From Candidatus Krumholzibacteriia bacterium (GTDB lineage Bacteria; Krumholzibacteriota; Krumholzibacteriia; LZORAL124-64-63), in NCBI GenBank assembly GCA_050174015.1, contig JBFXKG010000002.1, forward strand, positions 128,001-192,000: DNA of 64,000 nt, read 5' to 3'. Below are positions 57,500 through 64,000 of this stretch, in pieces (position 1 is the first letter of the stretch; each line of letters starts with the position of its first letter). A program made the translations under genes and the position numbers. A model generated the notes under the pieces. That model saw only the letters and a list, made by a program, of their open reading frames with translations, was not told the origin of the DNA and did no database searches.

Positions 57500-59416
57500 A
57501 TGCAGAAAGGACACCCCAAGGGGTTAAAGGCCCTCTTCTTCACCGAGATGTGGGAAAGGCTCGGCTTCTACCTGATGCTGGGTATTCTCCTGCTCTACAT
57601 CACGGACACCGAACGAGGCGGCCTGGGCTTCTCGACGAAGCTCGCGGCCGAGATCTACGGCACCTACATGGCCTTCGTCTACTTCACTCCCTTCGTCGGG
57701 GGCATGATCGCCGACAGGTTCCTCGGCTTCCGCCGCTCGGTCTTCCTCGGCGGCCTGCTGATGGCCGCGGGCTACTTCTCCCTGGGCATCCGCAGCCTGC
57801 CCACCTTCTATGCGGGCCTGGCCCTGCTCTGCATCGGCAACGGTTTCTTCAAGCCGAACATCTCGGCCATGGTGGGCAACCTCTACGCCCCCGACGATCC
57901 GCGCCGGGATGCGGGGTTCAACATCTTCTACATGGGCATCAACATCGGCGCCTCGCTGTCGGCCCTGCTGTCCGCGCCCCTGCGCAACCTCTGGTCCTTC
58001 AACCTGGCGTTCACCGCGGCGGGAGTGGGACTGCTCATCGGCGTGGTGATCCTGACCATCAACTGGAAGCGCCTGGAGAAGGCCGATCGGCCCTCGGAGC
58101 GCAGCGCGGAGGACATCTCCTTCAAGCAGGTGGTCATGACCATCCTGGCGCCCGCGTTCGCCTTCGGCGTCATCGGCTACTTCGTGGGCCAGCAGATCGG
58201 CTTCGTGACCAGCACCATCGGGCCCATCACCTTCGGCTTCATCGTCGGCATGGTTCCGGTCATGTTCTACTTCTGGCTGCTGGTGCGGCGGGCCAATGCG
58301 GAGGAGAAGCCCGGCCTGGCCGCCCTCATCCCGGTCTTCGTGGCCGGCGGGGCCTTCTTCATGGTTCTGCACCTTTCCGGCGGTCTGATGACGGTCTTCG
58401 CCGAGCGGAACACCGACCGCCAGGCCGAGTGGATTCCCGCCTGGGCCGACTTCTACGCCCAGAAGGCCATGCCCAGTTATTACACCAATGCGGGCAAGGA
58501 TCTGCCCCGGCCGGACGAGCGCGTCCTGATCGACGTGGACGGACAGGGGGAGGCCATGTTCGGGGCCCGCATCCTCAGCAGCGACCTGGTCGCGCGGCTC
58601 GAGGGCCAGCCTGACCTGAGGGTGCTCGACAGCGACGAGACGGAGATCCCCGAGGACCGCCAGTTCCTGGTCTGCCAGGTCTTCGACCGCGACGACGTGG
58701 TCGTCAGCACGGATACCGACGCCCACGGCGTGGCCACGACCACGGTCAAGGTGGCCGACGGGGCCGAACTCAGGGACGAGGTCCTGGTGGTGCGCAACAT
58801 CGGGGGCCAGGAGGTTCCGGTGCTGCTGGTGACGCCCGAGACGCGCCTCGCCGTCTACGCCAACCGCGATCCGTCGGTGGCCACCCTCGCTCCCGGATCC
58901 TACGTGCGCCTGGTCAACGCCGAGATGCTCACCGGGCTCCTGAATCCCGTCTTCGTGGTGGTGATGACTCCGGTGGTCGTCTTCTTCTTCGGGTGGATGG
59001 CCACCCGCAAGCGCGCGGTCTCCACGGCCCGCAAGATCTTCCTGGGGATGGTCATCACCACGGTGGCCCTGCTGATCATGGCCTTCGGCGCCTACCTGGG
59101 CGACGACGGGGCCGCCAAGACCGCGATGATCTGGATGATCGTCTACTACCTGGTGATCACCATCGGCGAACTCTGCCTGTCGCCCATGGGCCTGTCCCTG
59201 GTGACCAAGCTGTCGCCCAAGCGGCTGGTCGGTCTGATGATGGGCGGCTGGTTCCTGTCCACCGCCATCGGGAACAAGCTCTCCGGCTTCATCAGCGGCC
59301 TCGAACCGGGCACGACCATGTTCGTGGTCCTGGCGGTTGCGATCCTGGGCGTTGCGATGTTCATTTTCGCCATGCTGCCGCGCCTGGACGCGGCCATCAA
59401 GAAGTACGGGGCCTGA
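57500..59416 (+). CDS. Proton-dependent oligopeptide transporter (POT/PTR) with large inserted soluble domain
   Basis: EMWERLGFY, GNGFFKPN, FYMGINIG, GELCLSPMGLS. Confidence 0.9.
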   Translation: MQKGHPKGLKALFFTEMWERLGFYLMLGILLLYITDTERGGLGFSTKLAAEIYGTYMAFVYFTPFVGGMIADRFLGFRRSVFLGGLLMAAGYFSLGIRSLPTFYAGLALLCIGNGFFKPNISAMVGNLYAPDDPRRDAGFNIFYMGINIGASLSALLSAPLRNLWSFNLAFTAAGVGLLIGVVILTINWKRLEKADRPSERSAEDISFKQVVMTILAPAFAFGVIGYFVGQQIGFVTSTIGPITFGFIVGMVPVMFYFWLLVRRANAEEKPGLAALIPVFVAGGAFFMVLHLSGGLMTVFAERNTDRQAEWIPAWADFYAQKAMPSYYTNAGKDLPRPDERVLIDVDGQGEAMFGARILSSDLVARLEGQPDLRVLDSDETEIPEDRQFLVCQVFDRDDVVVSTDTDAHGVATTTVKVADGAELRDEVLVVRNIGGQEVPVLLVTPETRLAVYANRDPSVATLAPGSYVRLVNAEMLTGLLNPVFVVVMTPVVVFFFGWMATRKRAVSTARKIFLGMVITTVALLIMAFGAYLGDDGAAKTAMIWMIVYYLVITIGELCLSPMGLSLVTKLSPKRLVGLMMGGWFLSTAIGNKLSGFISGLEPGTTMFVVLAVAILGVAMFIFAMLPRLDAAIKKYGA

Positions 59417-59501
59417 GGTTCCGTCCGACGATCCGGGCCCGCACCACCGCGGTGCGGGCCCTTGCCATAACCCGGATGGTGCCGGGGCGACGAGGTGTCC
59501 C

Positions 59502-60347
59502 TTGAAACGTGTGTTCTTCCTCTGGTTCGCGGCCTTCATCCTCACGGCCGCCTTCCTGGTCTGGCAGAAGATGTCCGGCCCGACCTATCCCGTGCGGGCC
59601 ACCCTCGGCGTCGACGGGATCGAGATTCCCATCGAACTGCTGAGGTCCGGCAGCATCAACGAGGATCTGCCGGTCTCCATCCCGGTGGCGGGTCTCACCG
59701 CGGCCGGCAGGGAGGTCTCCGGCGAAGTGACCTGGCGCCGCTATCCCACCCGGGACGAATGGCGGACCACGCCCCTGGTGCTCGAGGACGGCGTCCTGAA
59801 AGGGGTCTTGCCCCGGCAGCCCATGGCCGGCAAGCTCGAATACCGGGTGGATATCCGGTCGGGGACCTTCCACGGGGTGGTGCCCGGGAACGGGGAACAC
59901 GCCGTCGCCCGGTTCAAAGGCGACGTGCCCGGTCTGGTCCTGGTCTTCCACGTCACCTTCCTGGTCCTCGGCTTCCTGTTCTCGACGGGGGCGGGCCTGG
60001 AGGGGCTGACCGGGGGCCCCGCGTTGAAGACCCTCTCGCGGCTCTGTTTCTTCTGCCTGCTGGTGGGGGGGCTGATCCTGGGTCCCATCGTCCAGAAGTA
60101 CGCCTTCGACGCCTTCTGGACGGGCTGGCCGCTGGGCGAGGACTGGACCGACAACAAGCTCGCGGTCGGGGTGGCGCTCTGGCTGCTCGCCGTCTGGCGC
60201 ACCCGGCACGCCGAGCCCGGACGTCCTCGCGGCAAGTGGTTCGCCGTGCTGGCCATGATCGCCATCCTGGTGATCTTCGCCATCCCGCACAGCATCCACG
60301 GCTCGACCTACGATTACGCCACCGGGGAGCACATCCAGCGGATGTGA
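59502..60347 (+). CDS. Hypothetical membrane protein (TM + soluble domain + 4 TM)
   Basis: Coding-like composition; GPTYP, AGKLEY, RFKGDVP, WTGWP, TDNK, IPHS motifs; TTG start assumed. Confidence 0.7.
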   Translation: MKRVFFLWFAAFILTAAFLVWQKMSGPTYPVRATLGVDGIEIPIELLRSGSINEDLPVSIPVAGLTAAGREVSGEVTWRRYPTRDEWRTTPLVLEDGVLKGVLPRQPMAGKLEYRVDIRSGTFHGVVPGNGEHAVARFKGDVPGLVLVFHVTFLVLGFLFSTGAGLEGLTGGPALKTLSRLCFFCLLVGGLILGPIVQKYAFDAFWTGWPLGEDWTDNKLAVGVALWLLAVWRTRHAEPGRPRGKWFAVLAMIAILVIFAIPHSIHGSTYDYATGEHIQRM

Positions 60348-60361
60348 TCCGGGCGGTGGGG

Positions 60362-61330
60362 TCAATCCTCCGGGACGCAGATGCCGCCCCGGGCGGCCAC
60401 GATGATGGTCTTGACCATGACCAGCATGATGGTCAGCGTGGTCAGGACCGTCATGACCAGCGCGGCGGTCTTGAAGACCGGCAGCTGGGACTCCTTGAAC
60501 ATCAGGAAGAGGCTGATGGTGAAGGCGGCCATGGGGAAGGTGTAGCCCCACCAGGAGACGAAGTAGGGGATGCGCCGGAACTGGTCGATCATGGTCAGCA
60601 GCATCAGCGCCGTGAAGACCCCGAAGTAGAACAGGATCCTGGCGAACGGGTCGAGCGATCCGGTCAGCTTCAGGTAGGAGATGAAGCCCACCGCCGGCGG
60701 GGCCGTGAGGATGAACAGGGTCGGCACCAGCTTCTGCGGCAGGGGGTCGTGGAAGAAGATGCGGTTGACGAAAACCGCCAGCAGCACGATCCAGTAGATG
60801 ATGCCGATGGCGAAGAAGAACCAGGACACCTCGGGATGGGCGAAGGCCACCCCGGCGATGGGCACGAGCAGCGGGCCAACCACGGGGATGAACCAGGCGG
60901 GATTGAAGGAATCGATCCTGTAGTGCTTGTGGAACCAGCCGTAAAGGATGACCAGCAGCAGGAACAGGTGCAGGGGGGCGCCGACCCACCAGAGGACGCG
61001 CGCCGGGGCGACCTGACCGATCTCCAGGTAGCCGATGCTGAGCAGGAGCAGGCAGATGCTGATCGCGGCGAAGAAGTTGATCCGGATGGGGTGCTGGAGC
61101 TCCGCTTTGACCTCGGCGGGATACCGGACGAGCTTGGCGGCGTAGACGGCCGCGACGAGGGCGAACCACGCCGTCACCCCGTACAGGAGCCACTGGCCGA
61201 CGGGCTGCCGGACGTGGTAGAAGTGCTGGAACTTGAGATAGACGATGGCCAGTCCGGCCAGGCCCATGACGGTCGGAAGCAGCGTGATGGGGAAGTACCT
61301 CAGGCGGGAACCCGAAGCCTCGTTGTTCAT
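60362..61330 (-). CDS. SLAC1/TehA (TDT) family anion channel
   Basis: MGLAGL, HPIRINFF, NPAWFIPVVG, PTLFILTAPP, SWWGYTFP; 10 TM. Confidence 0.9.
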   Translation of the reverse strand: MNNEASGSRLRYFPITLLPTVMGLAGLAIVYLKFQHFYHVRQPVGQWLLYGVTAWFALVAAVYAAKLVRYPAEVKAELQHPIRINFFAAISICLLLLSIGYLEIGQVAPARVLWWVGAPLHLFLLLVILYGWFHKHYRIDSFNPAWFIPVVGPLLVPIAGVAFAHPEVSWFFFAIGIIYWIVLLAVFVNRIFFHDPLPQKLVPTLFILTAPPAVGFISYLKLTGSLDPFARILFYFGVFTALMLLTMIDQFRRIPYFVSWWGYTFPMAAFTISLFLMFKESQLPVFKTAALVMTVLTTLTIMLVMVKTIIVAARGGICVPED

Positions 61331-61365
61331 GGGGATCCTCCCGGAATCGGGTCCGAACGAATTCA

Positions 61366-61379
61366 AAGTCAATTGACTT
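61366..61379. promoter_or_regulatory. Perfect 14-bp palindrome, putative repressor operator between divergent genes
   Basis: AAGTCAATTGACTT flanked by ATTC/GAAAT in an AT-rich island. Confidence 0.55.
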
Positions 61380-61446
61380 GAAATATAGCCGGGCTTGACG
61401 TGGCGTCCAGTCCGTTTTGAAACCGGATTTCAGGACTGGAGGAAGC

Positions 61447-61815
61447 GTGACGACGTCGGCCGGTCACCTCGTGCTCAACCTGATCAGCGACCGCGAACCC
61501 AACATCGCCAAGGCTCTGCGCTTCGGGAACAACTTCCTGGCCGCAGGCTGGGAGGTGACCCTCTCGATCAACGTGGACGCCGTGGCCTTGCTGGACCCCG
61601 GGGCCTCACTCGGACCCTGTCCGGTGACCGGGAAACCCCTGAGGACCATCCTCGAAACTTTCATGGCCGAAGGGGGCAGGGTGCTGGTCGGCTTGGAATG
61701 CCTCAAGCTCGCAGGTCTGGGGCCCGAGTGCCTGAGCGGTTCCATGGTCCCGGCCGACCGCGCGCTCTGGCAGGAGCTTTTGACCCGGCCCGGGACCGTG
61801 GTCTTCACCTATTGA
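61447..61815 (+). CDS. DsrE/DsrF-like family protein
   Basis: AL.F...FLAAG.EVTL...DAV, F.AEGG.V.V..ECLK pattern; GTG start. Confidence 0.7.
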   Translation: MTTSAGHLVLNLISDREPNIAKALRFGNNFLAAGWEVTLSINVDAVALLDPGASLGPCPVTGKPLRTILETFMAEGGRVLVGLECLKLAGLGPECLSGSMVPADRALWQELLTRPGTVVFTY

Positions 61816-63679
61816 CGGAGCCTGTCCCGGGCTCCGGCCAGCCGACGGTTCCGCCCGCATTGGCCTCCTGGAGATCCGCCTCCAGATCCCGGTAGTAATC
61901 CAGGAGAGCCTGGGCCGACGGATCCTCGCCCGTGGCCTCCCTCAGGATCCTTTGCCAGTCCGCTCCCCGTCCCTGACGCATGATGGCCAGCAGGAAGTCT
62001 CCCGCCGCCCGGTGGCCGTGGTAGTCCGCGGCGTGCACGTCCTGCTGCAGGATGCCGCGGCAGACGTAGCGGTGCAGCTGGTGGCCGACGATGATCCCCA
62101 GGGCGCGGCCCAGGAGGAGGTCGGAGTCGCCGAGAGCAGCCAGGACGGCTTCCGGCGGCGATGGCGCCGGTGGCCCGTCGGGGCCGAGCCCGGCCCGGGC
62201 CAGCAGGGCCCACCAGAGGTCTACCGGATCATTCCCCGCGTCGCCGGCCCCGCTCAGCTCCAGCAGCCAGGGTCCCCTCACCGCCAGGTCGAGGTAGAGT
62301 CCGAAGACCTCGTCGCCGGCGCCGTCCAGGAGGATGCGGTCCGCAGGCGGGACGGCCGCTCCCGCGTCGGCGCCCAGCCGCCGGTCCAGATATGCGGAAG
62401 AGCGGGCGGCCAGATCCAGGGCGACCGCAACGGCCGCCGTCATGACCCCGGCAGGGTCATCAGCCAGGACGGGAGGCCAACCCGCCCGGGTGCAGGCGGC
62501 CACGGAGTGGAGTCGTGCGACCGCCGCGTGGGTCTTGCGGTACAGGGCCAGATCCTCGATCCCGCTGGAAAGGGTCAACCTCAGGTCGTCCGGCGGCGCC
62601 ACCGGCCAGGCCCGGGCCTCGGAGATGGGCCACCCCGCGGGGACGGCGGCGACCCCGGACAGGGTGAATTCCGCGGGGAGCGGGGGCATGCCCAGGGAGA
62701 CGCACAGCTCCTCGGCGTGGGCGGCCATGTCCGCGGGCGTCAAGTCTTCCAGCTCCCGGGTGAGGACCCGGCGCCCGAGCAGGTTGGCGGGGTGATCGAG
62801 GTTCCACTCGAGCCAGGTCACCGGCAAGAGGCCGGGAACCTCTTCCTTGAAGGTCCGGGCGAGATCCCTGCGCAAGGCCGCGTGGAACTGCACGTAAAGG
62901 GGGGCCAGAGAGTCACGCAGGCCGGTGAGCAACTCCCGCGTCTCCTCGGGAGTGAGACCCAGGCCGGCCGTGACGGCATCGTCGAGGGAAGGGAATCCGA
63001 TGGCCCGTGCCGCGCTCTTCCTGGCGGAGAACAAGCTCCCGAGATCGGACGGGGCGGCCCCGCTCCCGGAGGCGAACGCTTCCCAGGCGGCCTTGCGGAG
63101 GGCGGGCTTGGTGGAGGAAGCCAGGATCATGGCCATCCCGTTGAAGTTGATGACCTCGGGCCCCCGGCCGGGGGGACGGAAATCGTGGCGGGCCAGGGCG
63201 AGGGATTCGGGCCAGGCCATCGCCGCGTCGAGGGCTTCCAGTCTGATCGAAGGCAGGACGGCCGGCCGCCGCATCGCCTCGCGGCGGATGGCCTGGATCT
63301 GGCGGTCATGCCGGTCGGAGAGCCCGCCGACGGTTGAGGCCGGCCCGAGGGACTGCAGGACGGTCCGGCTGCCGCAGTAGGCGTCGAGGACGAACTGCGA
63401 ATCGGAGGCGGCCTCCCTCAGGCTCCGGCCGCCCTCCACGGCCGCACGGAAACCCGTCCGCAGGGAGGCCGACTTCAGCGCCTGGAAGACGGCGTTGAAG
63501 TCCGCCAGGAAGGAATCCACCCGGGCCGTCGCCATCCCCCCGGAAGGGAGCTCCGCCGGCGGGGATTCCGGATCCCCGGGTTGCAGGACCGCATTGGGAT
63601 CATATTCGAGAAAGAAGACCGCCATCAGGGCCGCCGCGAGCAGCAGCATGACCAGACCGGCGGCGGAGCGGGAGTTCAT
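61805..63679 (-). CDS. Membrane-anchored M2 (ACE-like) peptidase homologue lacking HEXXH
   Basis: M2-like RKAAWE, PLYVQFHA..R, LPVTWL, and C-terminal DW.RILREATGE..SAQALLDYY..L...N.G..VGW; N-terminal TM. Confidence 0.75.
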   Translation of the reverse strand: MNSRSAAGLVMLLLAAALMAVFFLEYDPNAVLQPGDPESPPAELPSGGMATARVDSFLADFNAVFQALKSASLRTGFRAAVEGGRSLREAASDSQFVLDAYCGSRTVLQSLGPASTVGGLSDRHDRQIQAIRREAMRRPAVLPSIRLEALDAAMAWPESLALARHDFRPPGRGPEVINFNGMAMILASSTKPALRKAAWEAFASGSGAAPSDLGSLFSARKSAARAIGFPSLDDAVTAGLGLTPEETRELLTGLRDSLAPLYVQFHAALRRDLARTFKEEVPGLLPVTWLEWNLDHPANLLGRRVLTRELEDLTPADMAAHAEELCVSLGMPPLPAEFTLSGVAAVPAGWPISEARAWPVAPPDDLRLTLSSGIEDLALYRKTHAAVARLHSVAACTRAGWPPVLADDPAGVMTAAVAVALDLAARSSAYLDRRLGADAGAAVPPADRILLDGAGDEVFGLYLDLAVRGPWLLELSGAGDAGNDPVDLWWALLARAGLGPDGPPAPSPPEAVLAALGDSDLLLGRALGIIVGHQLHRYVCRGILQQDVHAADYHGHRAAGDFLLAIMRQGRGADWQRILREATGEDPSAQALLDYYRDLEADLQEANAGGTVGWPEPGTGSVNR

Positions 63680-63822
63680 CGGCGGATTCCTCGTACGCTG
63701 CGGGACTACCGGACATCGCTGCCAGCACTTTGCCACACGTCGGGCCGGGTGGAAAGAGGGGACTTGACCGGGCCTGCCGGGGGAGCTTGAATGACGGCAG
63801 CCGGTCCACCAGGAGGAATGCC

Positions 63823-63990
63823 GTGCCCACGTCGCCCCGCCCCCCCGCCGAAGGATCGCCCCCCGAGCGACCCGGGCCCCTGTTCCGCCGGCCGGAACAT
63901 CGGCCCAGATCCCTGGCGCCCTGGCTTGCCGCCCTTTTCGCCGTGGTGGCCCTGGCCCTCGCTCTGCCCTATCTCGCCCGCTGGTTCTGA
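63823..63990 (+). CDS. Possible small membrane protein
   Basis: AGGAGG upstream of GTG; Pro-rich N-terminus and one C-terminal hydrophobic helix. Confidence 0.4.
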   Translation: MPTSPRPPAEGSPPERPGPLFRRPEHRPRSLAPWLAALFAVVALALALPYLARWF

Positions 63991-64000
63991 TCCGGGTAGC

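Noticed and set aside
1..64000. Many long overlapping or antisense ORFs (e.g. 2651-5104 +, 39096-42407 -, 36098-38404 -, 43666-45831 -)
   Set aside because: Shadow frames of real genes in high-GC DNA; Arg/Pro/Gly-rich or antisense-typical composition, no motifs
1..64000. CRISPR arrays, tRNA/rRNA genes, transposases, integrases, prophage genes
   Set aside because: No spaced direct repeats, cloverleaf-like sequences or mobile-element motifs seen by eye

Overview
GC-rich bacterial chromosomal window, densely coding (about 50 genes), with no CRISPR array, tRNA/rRNA or mobile element that I can detect. Four secreted proteins end in a 'PNPFN' FlgD-Ig/T9SS-like C-terminal domain, which suggests an FCB-group-like lineage such as Krumholzibacteriota/Latescibacterota (inference only). 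Recognisable content: a cytochrome bd-like oxidase pair with fused c-type hemes, secreted SGNH hydrolase/S8 protease/LVIVD proteins, a purine catabolism set (8-oxoguanine-type deaminase, three-subunit xanthine dehydrogenase, hydantoinase-like enzyme), a leucine-degradation carboxylase operon, class II ribonucleotide reductase with an NrdR box, and a peptide/amino-acid transport cluster. The best candidate for an undescribed system is 26.5-32.1 kb: a sensor kinase and sigma54 activator followed by two paralogous secreted Asp/Gly-rich putative Ca-binding proteins and a putative outer-membrane barrel. Each paralog has its own sigma54 promoter (-24/-12 element, IHF-like site, paired CGCA-N6-YGCG palindromes). 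Also notable: a membrane-anchored ACE-like (M2) protein lacking its zinc ligands, a POT transporter with a large inserted domain, a subtilase with an internal prodomain, and a structured nrdJ leader. All calls are from motif reading without database searches; start codons were chosen by eye.
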